A program made the translations under genes and the position numbers. Under the pieces are notes generated by a model. That model searched no databases. It was not told the DNA's origin and saw only the letters and a program-made list of their open reading frames with translations. A DNA stretch of 64,000 bases, taken from assembly GCA_963822965.1 (NCBI GenBank), contig CAWGJT010000005.1, forward strand, positions 736,001-800,000, in the 5' to 3' direction. This DNA comes from an uncultured delta proteobacterium (lineage in GTDB: Bacteria > Myxococcota_A > UBA9160 > UBA4427). Positions 1 through 8,410 of the stretch are shown here, one piece after another. Every line of letters begins with the position of its first letter. Positions within the stretch are counted from its first letter, which is position 1.

Positions 1-1480
1 TCTCGATCGGCTTCACGTGACAGGCCACGCACTGGAGGCCGGCGTGCCCGCCGGTCAGGGCGAAGTCGGTCTGTCGGTCGTGGTCGAAGAGCCAGCGATC
101 CCAGCCGTTGGGATTGTGACAGGTGGCGCACTCCGGCCCCAGGCGGCGCTCGTGAACGTCGGAGGCGTCGTGGCACGCGACGCAGCGGCTCTCTGCGTCC
201 CCGTAGCGGTGGGTGACGTGGCAGTCATCGCACGAAGCGAGCTGGTGCAGGGCCAGCAGCGGGAAGCTCGTCAGGTCGTGGTCGAAAGCGACGCGCACGT
301 CCCAACCGGCCTCGCGATGACAGGTCGAGCAGTCCCTGCCCAGCGTTCCCTCGTGGACGTCCGACATGGCGTGACACTCGACGCAGGTGGTAGGCGTCTT
401 GGCGACGCCGAGCGTTCCCACGTGGCACAGCTCGCAGGCGAGACCGGAATGCGCGCCGCGCAGGGCGAACTTCGTGTCCTTCGCGTGGTCGAAGCTCGCC
501 GGCGTCCAGGCACGCACGCCGTGGCACTCGTCACAGCGCGTGCCCCGCGTCCCGCGGTGGTCGTCGTCCTTGCGGTGGCAGCTCGCGCAGTCCATGGCGA
601 GCTTCACCTTCTTCGGATCCGACTCGTGACAGGAACGGCACTCCAGGGCCGCGTGGGCCCCCCGCAACGCGAACCGCGTCTCGCGGCCGTGGTCGAAGCC
701 CGACTTCTTCCAGCCGGAGGGATCGTGGCAGTCGCCACACTTCGGGCCGAGCTGCCCCCGGTGGGTGTCGTCCACCCGATGGCAGGCTACGCAGTTCATG
801 GCGGTCTTCCCGAAGCGTTGCTGCGGGTGGCACGAGTCGCACGCCGTCTCCTCGTGGCGTCCCCGCAGCGGGAACTTCGTCTTCGCATGGTCGAAGACGA
901 CCTCGTTCCAGCCGAGCGCCGCGTGGCAGTCTTCGCAGCGGTCGCCGAGCTGGCCCTTGTGTGGATCGTCCTTCCGGTGGCACGCCACGCAGGTGTCCTC
1001 TGCCTCGCGGTAGGGCTTTCCGGCGGCGTGACAGCCGGTGCAGGCGGTCGCGGCATGCGCTCCCTCGAGCGCGAAGTCCGTTCGGCGATGGTCGAAGGAC
1101 TCGGGGACGAGGCCGACGATGTCGGCGTCGCTGCCCTTGTGCTCGGTGTGACAGATGCGGCACTCACTCTCGGCGCCCTTCCCGATTCGGCCGTGCAGTC
1201 CGGCCTGGGTGTCGAAGTCCTTCTTCACGTCCTCGTGGCACCTCAGACAGAGTCGATTCTGCGAGGTGCGGTCGAAGCGCTCGTGACAGTCCCCGCAGGC
1301 CTTCGTCTCCCGCGCGTGCGCCTGGATGAGAGCCCCCGGAGAGACCAGGTTCTCGAGGTCGACGGCGGCGGCGTCCAGAGCCGGCACCGTCCCCGCGAAG
1401 AGCCACACGACGATTCCCGATGCACCTCGCCACCCGAGGCGCCGGCACCTCCGAGTCTCCGTGCCCACGAAGGTCTGCAT
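1..1480 (-). CDS. Large multiheme cytochrome c (>=19 CxxCH, triheme cytochrome c7/c3-like repeats); 3' end lies outside the window
   Basis: Translated by hand from the ATG at 1480 (MQTFVGTETRR..., hydrophobic leader, then LVSPG). Frame is open to the window edge. 19 CxxCH motifs (CGDCH, CLRCH, CRICH, CTGCH ... CATCH, CVACH) in ~70-aa units of the form FDH..T.F.L.G.H..CxxCH..CxxCH..DxH.G.LG..CxxCH..GW. Not in the ORF track because there is no stop codon in the window. Confidence 0.95.
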   Translation of the reverse strand, partial: MQTFVGTETRRCRRLGWRGASGIVVWLFAGTVPALDAAAVDLENLVSPGALIQAHARETKACGDCHERFDRTSQNRLCLRCHEDVKKDFDTQAGLHGRIGKGAESECRICHTEHKGSDADIVGLVPESFDHRRTDFALEGAHAATACTGCHAAGKPYREAEDTCVACHRKDDPHKGQLGDRCEDCHAALGWNEVVFDHAKTKFPLRGRHEETACDSCHPQQRFGKTAMNCVACHRVDDTHRGQLGPKCGDCHDPSGWKKSGFDHGRETRFALRGAHAALECRSCHESDPKKVKLAMDCASCHRKDDDHRGTRGTRCDECHGVRAWTPASFDHAKDTKFALRGAHSGLACELCHVGTLGVAKTPTTCVECHAMSDVHEGTLGRDCSTCHREAGWDVRVAFDHDLTSFPLLALHQLASCDDCHVTHRYGDAESRCVACHDASDVHERRLGPECATCHNPNGWDRWLFDHDRQTDFALTGGHAGLQCVACHVKPIE

Positions 1481-1482
1481 CC

Positions 1483-2388
1483 TCAATACATGTGAACGGC
1501 GACGACGTGCACGGCGGCCGCCGCGAAGAGCCCTACGCAGAACGGCAGGTGGAGAGCGTGCCAGAGCGCGAACGCCCGCTCGTAGACGGCGTACTCGGTG
1601 ACGCGTCGGATCGCCCGGACCTGCTGCCGGACGGCGCGTCGCACCTCGCGCCGAGCCGGAAGACGCGCCCCCCCGTTTCGCGCCGCCCGCCGATAGGCGC
1701 GCATCGCGTGCCGTTGGGTGCGCCGGGCACGACGGCCGAGGGTCACCACGCTGGCGGCGCGGGCCAGCAGTCCCCGTTCTCCGAAGGCCCAGCGGCGGAA
1801 CTCCTCGAGTGCATCGCCGACGCCGGGTGCCGTGCGCACGACCTCCGCGAGGACGCCCCCTTCGACCAGGGCCTCCTGTCGCAGCTCGGCGAGGCTGGCC
1901 ACGTGACCGCGGTATTCGTAGTGGATGCGCGTGTAGATGAAGCGGCCGACGATGCCGCTCAGGCTCACGGTCAGCATGCAGACCAGGGCGACGTTCGCGT
2001 TGAGCGAGCCCAGGTGGAAGTTCGCGTGGTAGAGGATCGCGGTGGGCCCCAGCAGGCCGAGCGCCATGTGGATGTGGAACCAGCGCTGGATGGCACCGGC
2101 CCGCCGCAGGAACGAGAGGCGCTTCCGCAGGGAATAGAGCAGCAGGAGCGCCATCATCGCGAGCCCGGTGATGCCCAGGGCGTATCCGAGCCCCTCTTCG
2201 GGGACGACGTAGAACTCGTCGCGGGTCGACCAGCCGAACGCGATGGTCAGGCAGCAGAAGAGGCTCACGGGAGCGAGGATCAGGGCCCGGGCCGGCCGTG
2301 CCCGGACCGCGGGCCGGGTCGGTGCGGCGCGCTGCGGCGCCGGCCCGGCGGCCGAGGCGGCTCGGGTGATGGGTGCAGTCTGAGTCAA
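1483..2388 (-). CDS. Inner-membrane protein with two bis-His helices (ferric-reductase-like di-heme b domain)
   Basis: About 5 hydrophobic helices. WFHIH-x13-H and WHALH-x13-H His pairs. Stop lies 2 nt from the cytochrome ATG. TTG start at 2388 chosen from the upstream GGGGGA; the ORF extends to 2562. Confidence 0.8.
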   Translation of the reverse strand: MTQTAPITRAASAAGPAPQRAAPTRPAVRARPARALILAPVSLFCCLTIAFGWSTRDEFYVVPEEGLGYALGITGLAMMALLLLYSLRKRLSFLRRAGAIQRWFHIHMALGLLGPTAILYHANFHLGSLNANVALVCMLTVSLSGIVGRFIYTRIHYEYRGHVASLAELRQEALVEGGVLAEVVRTAPGVGDALEEFRRWAFGERGLLARAASVVTLGRRARRTQRHAMRAYRRAARNGGARLPARREVRRAVRQQVRAIRRVTEYAVYERAFALWHALHLPFCVGLFAAAAVHVVAVHMY

Positions 2389-2476
2389 GTCGTCCCCCGC
2401 CCGGGAGAGTGCAACCGGTCGTCGCATAACACAACGGCCATCCGGCCCCGGAACCGGAGCGGAAACGAGCATCGAG

Positions 2477-2493
2477 ATGAAATTGAAATTCAT
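2477..2493. promoter_or_regulatory. AT-rich imperfect palindrome ATGAAATTGAAATTCAT in the divergent promoter region; candidate operator
   Basis: Dyad ATGAA.TT.AA.TTCAT in an otherwise GC-rich context, between divergent genes. Confidence 0.4.
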
Positions 2494-2584
2494 GACCGTT
2501 TTCCGATCCAAGTCTCGACGACCGCGTACCGGCGCAATCGCATTCCCTGTCGAATCCTTCATCGTTCGTGCCGTCTCCGGCAGG

Positions 2585-2600
2585 CGTGACAGGAGTCACG
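2585..2600. promoter_or_regulatory. CRP/FNR-family-like site CGTGA-N6-TCACG
   Basis: CGTGACAGGAGTCACG matches the GTGA-N6-TCAC spacing; intergenic. Confidence 0.4.
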
Positions 2601-2828
2601 GATCCATCTCGCGGGCAGGACGCAATCTTCACAGAGGACGATCGAGCCGAGACGGGGTTCTGCCGATCACTCGACCCTCGCAAACTCTTTCGCCGATCCG
2701 CGGATTGCCCGATGCTCGCCGGAGGCGAGGCCCCCTGGATCGAGGGCGGGCGACCCGGGAGACAGCGCGCTGCCGCGGTGACGACTGAGGTTGTGGGCGT
2801 TCGCTCGAAGGAGCCCGACGGGAACGCG

Positions 2829-4910
2829 ATGTCTTCTTGCAGGAACACCGCGGCGCGACGCCGACTGGCTTCGGTCGTGCTCGGCATCGCGCTCGCCGCA
2901 GCGCAGCCCGCCTTCGCACAGTCGGAGGGCGACCGCATCCTCCAGTCGGTGGACGCGCATCGGAGCGATGCCGGATGGGACATCGAGCTGCGCTTCACGA
3001 TGCCGCTTCGTTATGTGCGCCATTCGCCCCGCGGAAAGGCAGACCTGGTCCTGATCCAGATGGAGGCGGTGGGTCTCGGCCGAGCCGAAGAGAACCCGCC
3101 CGACCGACGCGAAGCGCTCCGGCCGTTCACCGGGAGCGAAGGCCCGCCGGTGCTCGAGGTATCGACGAACGCCACCGGCGCCGGACGCGAGCGCGTGATC
3201 GAGGTCCGCTTCCGGGGCGCCGTCGCCTTCGAGGTGCGCCAGGGATCCGACCTGCAGCGACTCGACGTGCTTCTGCCCGACGCGGCCGCTGGCGGCGACC
3301 CGAAGCAGGAAGCCCAGGCGGCCGGCCTGCTCGAGAGCGCGAGCCAGGCCATGGCGGCCGGCGATTTCGAGCGCGCCGCACAGCTCTACACGCGCATCCT
3401 CTCGCTGGACGCGCCGTCGGCCCACCCCGAGGCCCAGGAGATGCTCGGGCTCGCGCGCGAGCGCAACGGACAGCGCGCGCACGCCCGGGCCGAGTACCAG
3501 AACTTCCTCGATCGCTTTCCGGACGACGAGCGCGCGCCCCGCGTCCGGCAGCGCCTGCAGGCGCTCACCACGGCGATCGCGCCGGTCCGCGAGGAGCGTC
3601 GCGCCGCGTCGCGGACCACGGACGACGTCCGCTTCGACTTCCACGGCAGCCTGCTCAGCTACTATTCGCGGGCCGAGAGCTTCTTCGATCGGGACATCGA
3701 CGACCAGGTCTACGACTCGTCGTGGTTCTCGGATCTGTACCTGCGAGGACGCATGCGCACCCCGCGCTACGAGGTCGAGGCGAGCGCCTCGGGACGGACG
3801 CGATTCGACTTCCGACAGGACGACCTCGGCAACGACTCGCGGCTGAACTCGCTGCTCCTCGAGGCCTCGGAGCGCGGCACCGGCTGGTGGGGGATCGCCG
3901 GGCGGCAGCGCGGCGATACGGGGGTGCTCGGCCGCTTCGACGGGGCGCGGGTGGGCTATCGGCCGACTGACCGCCTGGACTTCCAGCTGCTGGGCGGCTT
4001 CCCGACCAAGAGCTACTCGTCCGACGGCATCAATACGGACCGCTTCCAGGTGGGCGGCGGCGGGCAGATGCTCGAGGTCTTCTCGCTCTTCGATCTCGAA
4101 CTCTACACGAACTACCAGAACGAGGACGACCTCACCTATCGCGCCGCCATCGGCGGCGAGATCCGTCACCTGCGCCCGGGGCGCACGATCGTGGCGAGCC
4201 TCGACTACGACGCCTTCTTCAACGCCGTCAACATCGCCATGCTGCTCGCCGACTTCGAGGTGCGCGAAGGCCTCAGCGTCAACACGCTGATCGAGTACCG
4301 CAAGAGCCCGATCCTCACTCTGGGCAACGCCCTCATCGGACAGCCTGCGAGCTCGGTGACGGATCTCCACGACTCGTTCTCCGCCAGCCAGATGAAGGAC
4401 CTCGCCGAGGACCGCACCTCCGACTCGACCACCTTCACCCTGGGCGGTCGATACGAGATCAACGACCGCTTCGACGTGAGCGGCAACTGGACCGCCTCGA
4501 AGCTCTCCAGCACGTCCGGCTCGGGAGGGGTGCTGGGCACCCCGAGCACGGGCTACGAGTTCACCTACTACGCCCAGGTCGCGAGCGAGTCGCTGCTGAT
4601 GGACCGGGACGTCACGGTCCTGGGCGTGCGGATCTTCGACGGAGACCGCTACGACGGCTACATGTTGCAGCTGAACGGCCGGTATCCTGTTGCGCCGAAG
4701 CTGCGTCTGAACCCGATCTTCCGGCTCGAGTACCAGAGCGGGGACGACGACGTGGTTCGCGCCGTGCCGCGGATGCGCCTCGACTACACCTGGTGGGACC
4801 TGGTCTTCGACCTCGACGTGGCCTTCGACTGGACCCGGGTGGTGAACGGCGGCGACCGGCCGGAGGAGTACGGTTACTCCCTGCTCTTCGGCATCCGGTA
4901 CGACTTCTGA
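2829..4910 (+). CDS. Exported TPR-domain plus outer-membrane beta-barrel protein (putative porin)
   Basis: Signal peptide (RRRLASVVLGIALAAAQPAFA-Q). TPR-like helices (AQEMLGLARERNGQRAHARAEYQNFL). C-terminal ~430 aa of alternating amphipathic strands ending in LLFGIRYDF (terminal Phe barrel signal). Confidence 0.8.
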   Translation: MSSCRNTAARRRLASVVLGIALAAAQPAFAQSEGDRILQSVDAHRSDAGWDIELRFTMPLRYVRHSPRGKADLVLIQMEAVGLGRAEENPPDRREALRPFTGSEGPPVLEVSTNATGAGRERVIEVRFRGAVAFEVRQGSDLQRLDVLLPDAAAGGDPKQEAQAAGLLESASQAMAAGDFERAAQLYTRILSLDAPSAHPEAQEMLGLARERNGQRAHARAEYQNFLDRFPDDERAPRVRQRLQALTTAIAPVREERRAASRTTDDVRFDFHGSLLSYYSRAESFFDRDIDDQVYDSSWFSDLYLRGRMRTPRYEVEASASGRTRFDFRQDDLGNDSRLNSLLLEASERGTGWWGIAGRQRGDTGVLGRFDGARVGYRPTDRLDFQLLGGFPTKSYSSDGINTDRFQVGGGGQMLEVFSLFDLELYTNYQNEDDLTYRAAIGGEIRHLRPGRTIVASLDYDAFFNAVNIAMLLADFEVREGLSVNTLIEYRKSPILTLGNALIGQPASSVTDLHDSFSASQMKDLAEDRTSDSTTFTLGGRYEINDRFDVSGNWTASKLSSTSGSGGVLGTPSTGYEFTYYAQVASESLLMDRDVTVLGVRIFDGDRYDGYMLQLNGRYPVAPKLRLNPIFRLEYQSGDDDVVRAVPRMRLDYTWWDLVFDLDVAFDWTRVVNGGDRPEEYGYSLLFGIRYDF

Positions 4911-4994
4911 GGCCGGCGGGCCGGGAACGGGTCTCGAGGGGAATCGACGGGCGACCGATGAAGAGAGCGTGGGCGATGGGAGGCTGAGGGCACC

Positions 4995-6305
4995 ATGGAT
5001 TCGAGCATGCTGACGGCACTGCTGGTCTATGGCCTGCCCCTGGCCCTGTGCGCCGGCCTCTTCGTCTGGCGCCGATCCCGGGGAGACCGCCGCATCCGCA
5101 AGGAGATCCAGGAGGCCCGCGAGGCCGGCCTGCACGTGCCGCCCTCCCTGCACCCGTACATCGACGCCAATCTCTGCCTCGGCTGTGCGGTGTGCGTGGC
5201 GGCCTGTCCCGAGAAGAACGTGCTCGGCATGCTCCAGGACAAGGCGGTCCTGGTGACCGCCGCGAACTGCGTGGGTCACGGCGCCTGCAAGGAGGCGTGC
5301 CCGACCGACGCCATCACCCTGGTGCTGGGCACCGAGGACCAGGGCGTCGAGGTGCCGGTCCTCGACCCCCACTTCGAGACCAACCTCCCGGGCGTCTTCG
5401 TGGCCGGCGAGCTCGGCGGCATGGGGCTCATCCGCAACGCGATCGAGCAGGGCCGCCAGGTGATCGACTCCGTTCGCCAGCTCGAGGGCATCGGCCGCGG
5501 CGACCGACACGACGTCGTGATCGTGGGCACCGGGCCGGCCGGCTTCGCGGCGACCCTCGCCGCCAAGGAGCACGGGCTCCGCTACCGCGCGCTGGAGCAG
5601 GACGCCCTCGGCGGCGCCGTCGCCCACTATCCCCGCCGCAAGCTCGTGCTCACGGCGCCCGTGAAGCTCCCCATCGTGGGCGCCGTCAAGCTGCGCGAGA
5701 CCACCAAGGAGTCGCTCCTCGAGCTGTGGCGCAAGACCGAGCGGGAGACCGGCATCAAGATCCACTACGGCGAGAAGGTGACCCGGATCGTCCGCGACGA
5801 CGCCGGCTTCGTCGTCACGAGCACGAGCGGAACCACGAAGTGCCGGGCGGTGGTGCTGGCGATCGGACGCCGGGGCTCGCCGCGCCGGCTCGGCGCCGAA
5901 GGGGAGAACCTCCCGAAGGTCGTCTACCTGCTCGAAGACCCCGCCGAGCATCGGGGCACGCACGCGCTCGTCGTGGGCGCCGGGGATAGCGCCCTCGAAG
6001 CCGCCATCGCCCTCTCCGACGAGCCCGGCACCGAGGTCACCCTCTCCTGCCGGGGAGACGCGTTCCCGCGCGCCAAGCCGCCGAACCGCGCGAAGCTCGA
6101 GGAGCGCGAGCGCCGGGGGAGCATCCGCGTGCTGCGCAAGTCGACCGTGGAGCGGGTCGAATCCGATTCCGTCACGCTCGCCACGCCCGAGGGCAACGAG
6201 CGGATCCGCAACGACGCCGTCTTCGTCTGCATCGGGGGAGAGCTCCCGTTCGGATTCCTGCGCGAGGTCGGCGTCCAGACGGAGATGAAGCATGGCGAGC
6301 CCTGA
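4995..6305 (+). CDS. Membrane-anchored 2x[4Fe-4S]-type ferredoxin fused to a thioredoxin-reductase-like FAD/NAD(P)H oxidoreductase
   Basis: N-terminal TM helix followed by basic residues. CLGCAVCVAACP and CVGHGACKEACP. FAD motif VIVGTGPAG, NAD(P)H motif VVGAGDSALEAA, and TNLPGVFVAGE. Confidence 0.9.
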   Translation: MDSSMLTALLVYGLPLALCAGLFVWRRSRGDRRIRKEIQEAREAGLHVPPSLHPYIDANLCLGCAVCVAACPEKNVLGMLQDKAVLVTAANCVGHGACKEACPTDAITLVLGTEDQGVEVPVLDPHFETNLPGVFVAGELGGMGLIRNAIEQGRQVIDSVRQLEGIGRGDRHDVVIVGTGPAGFAATLAAKEHGLRYRALEQDALGGAVAHYPRRKLVLTAPVKLPIVGAVKLRETTKESLLELWRKTERETGIKIHYGEKVTRIVRDDAGFVVTSTSGTTKCRAVVLAIGRRGSPRRLGAEGENLPKVVYLLEDPAEHRGTHALVVGAGDSALEAAIALSDEPGTEVTLSCRGDAFPRAKPPNRAKLEERERRGSIRVLRKSTVERVESDSVTLATPEGNERIRNDAVFVCIGGELPFGFLREVGVQTEMKHGEP

Positions 6306-8289
6306 GCTGCGACGCCTGGGGCGTGCGCTGCCGCTCGCGGTCGCGCTGCTGTGCGCGCCGCCCGGGGTACAGGCGGAGAGCGAGCCAAGCCCCGCGCTCG
6401 AGGCAGCCCTCCAGCAGGTGCGGGAAGGACGCGCGCGGGACGCCATCGCGCGCCTCGAGAAGCTCGCGCGCGCGGGCGATCCGCAGGCCGCCGTGCGGCT
6501 GGCGAGCCTCTATCGCAACGGGATCGTCGGCGCGCGGAACACGGACAAGGCGATCCAGTGGTTCACCGTCGCCGCGCGCAAGGGAGACGCTCGCGCCGCC
6601 TACAACCTGGGGACGCTCCTGCAGCGCGAGGGCAAGTTCGACGAAGGGCGGGAGTGGATCGGGCGGGCGGCGAAGGCCGGCAACCCCGCGGCTCGGCGGC
6701 GACTGGTCGCCAGCTCCAGGGGTCGAGCCTCGCCCACCTCGGTCCGGGCACTCCTGTGGCGCGGGATCGTCGCCAACGACGGCGACGTGGTTCGCCGCGC
6801 CGTGGCGTCGGGCGCCGACGCCAACCAGCCCGATGCGCGCCGCCGCCTTCCCCTCTACGTGGCCGCTCGGCGCAACCACGCCGCGGCCGTTCGCGCCCTC
6901 GTCGAGGGCGGGGCCAAGCCGAACCTTCCGGACGCCACCGGCGACACGCCGCTGCTGGTCGCGGCCCGCTCCGGCAATACGGCGGCCGCCCGGGAGCTCC
7001 TGCGCGGCCGCGCCGACCCGAAGAAGGTCGATGCGCTCGGACGCACGCCCCTGATGAACGCCGCCGCCAACGGCCACGACGATCTGGTCGAGCTGCTGCT
7101 GAAGACCCGCCCTCCGCTCGAGCAGGCCGATCGCTCGGGCCGCACGGCCCTGGCATTGGCAGAGATCGGCCGGCACGCCGGCACGGTCCAGCGCCTGCGA
7201 CGCGCGGGCGCCAGGACGAAGGCCCGGAACGACAAGAGCGAGGACCTGGCCTGGCTCGCGAAGGCGGCCGGCGAGGAGAGCTCCTCGGACTTCGCCGGCT
7301 GGAGTCCGCTCCTGATCGCCGCCTGGCGCGGCAACCCGGCGAGCGTGCGCTCGCTCGTGGCGGGCGGCGCGCCCGCCGGCGACGCGGACCGCGAAGGCCG
7401 CAGCGCGCTCCTGCTCGCGGCCGGTCGCGGACACGCGGACGTGGTCGGGGTGCTCTTGAAGGCCGGCGCGCGGGCCGATGCGCCGTCGAACGACGGAACG
7501 CGCCCGCTGCACGCGGCGGCCGAGGCGGGACACCTGGACTGCGTCGCGCTGCTCCTCGGCGCGGGTGCCAAGGCCGATCCGGCGGACGAGCAGGGCAAGA
7601 CGCCGCTTCTCGAGGCCGCGGCCGGGGGACACGTCGCCGTCGCCCAGCGCCTGCTCGCCGCCGGCGCCGACCCGTCCCGGGCCGCGAAGGACGGGAGCAC
7701 ACCGCTGAGGGTCGCGGCGCGCCGCGGGCATCCCCAGGTCGTCGCGGTCCTGCTCCAAGCCGGCGCGAAGCCCGGCGCGAGCGACGATCCGACCTCGCCC
7801 GTCTGTCTCGCGGCACACGACGGTCGGGACGCGGCGCTCACGGCGCTCCTGGCCGGCGGGGCCGACCCCCGTTCCCATTGTGCGGAGGGCGTGCCGGTGC
7901 TGGGGGTGGTCGCCCGCCGCGGCGACACGAAGGCCGTCGCCGCCCTGCTCGATCGGGGCGCCCGGGTGGACGACGCGACGCCGTCCGGCAGTCCCGCCCT
8001 GCTGCTCGCCGCTTCCGCGGGACGCACCGAGGTCTGCGCCCTGCTCCTCGATCGGGGCGCGGACCTCGAGGCGCGCGGGGCCGGCCGTGCCACGGCGCTG
8101 ATGCTGGCGTCCGGCGCCGGCCACACGGACGTGGTGAAGCTCCTGCTCGAGCGGGGAGCCGACCCGGCGCGACGGGACGCCCGCGGACGCTCGGCAGGCC
8201 AGATCGCGGCGGCCAGCGGTCACGGCGAGATCGAGACCCTTCTCGCGCGCTCGCGCGAGAAGAAGAAGGGCCTGCTGGGAATCTTCTGA
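6292..8289 (+). CDS. Exported Sel1-like plus ankyrin-repeat protein (~15 ANK repeats)
   Basis: Signal peptide. Sel1-like segment KAIQWFTVAARKGDARAAYNLG. About 15 TPLxxAAxxGH..VxxLLxxGAD repeats. Overlaps the upstream gene by 14 nt. Confidence 0.93.
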   Translation: MASPELRRLGRALPLAVALLCAPPGVQAESEPSPALEAALQQVREGRARDAIARLEKLARAGDPQAAVRLASLYRNGIVGARNTDKAIQWFTVAARKGDARAAYNLGTLLQREGKFDEGREWIGRAAKAGNPAARRRLVASSRGRASPTSVRALLWRGIVANDGDVVRRAVASGADANQPDARRRLPLYVAARRNHAAAVRALVEGGAKPNLPDATGDTPLLVAARSGNTAAARELLRGRADPKKVDALGRTPLMNAAANGHDDLVELLLKTRPPLEQADRSGRTALALAEIGRHAGTVQRLRRAGARTKARNDKSEDLAWLAKAAGEESSSDFAGWSPLLIAAWRGNPASVRSLVAGGAPAGDADREGRSALLLAAGRGHADVVGVLLKAGARADAPSNDGTRPLHAAAEAGHLDCVALLLGAGAKADPADEQGKTPLLEAAAGGHVAVAQRLLAAGADPSRAAKDGSTPLRVAARRGHPQVVAVLLQAGAKPGASDDPTSPVCLAAHDGRDAALTALLAGGADPRSHCAEGVPVLGVVARRGDTKAVAALLDRGARVDDATPSGSPALLLAASAGRTEVCALLLDRGADLEARGAGRATALMLASGAGHTDVVKLLLERGADPARRDARGRSAGQIAAASGHGEIETLLARSREKKKGLLGIF

Positions 8290-8299
8290 GACACCGCCC

Positions 8300-8346
8300 T
8301 CGGGCTTCGAGTACCCTGTCCACGTCGGGCTTCGAGTACCCTGTCC
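8300..8346. repeat. 22-bp direct repeat x2 (TCGGGCTTCGAGTACCCTGTCC), 25-bp period
   Basis: Identical copies at 8300-8321 and 8325-8346; intergenic. Confidence 0.9.
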
Positions 8347-8410
8347 GCATCGAGCCGGATCGAAATCTTCTGCGAAGGGCGGCCCCGCCGGGTCGCCCGG
8401 CGAGGTTGCC

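Noticed and set aside
17..1495. 492-aa plus-strand ORF
   Set aside because: Antisense shadow of the multiheme cytochrome; its repeated VA/MA/VT pattern is the reverse complement of Cys-His codons.
2407..2420. AGTGCAACCGG, also at ~62991-63001, resembling the 3' end of a c-di-GMP-II riboswitch
   Set aside because: Wrong strand relative to the adjacent gene starts, and the rest of the aptamer is not recognisable. The 11-bp match may be chance.
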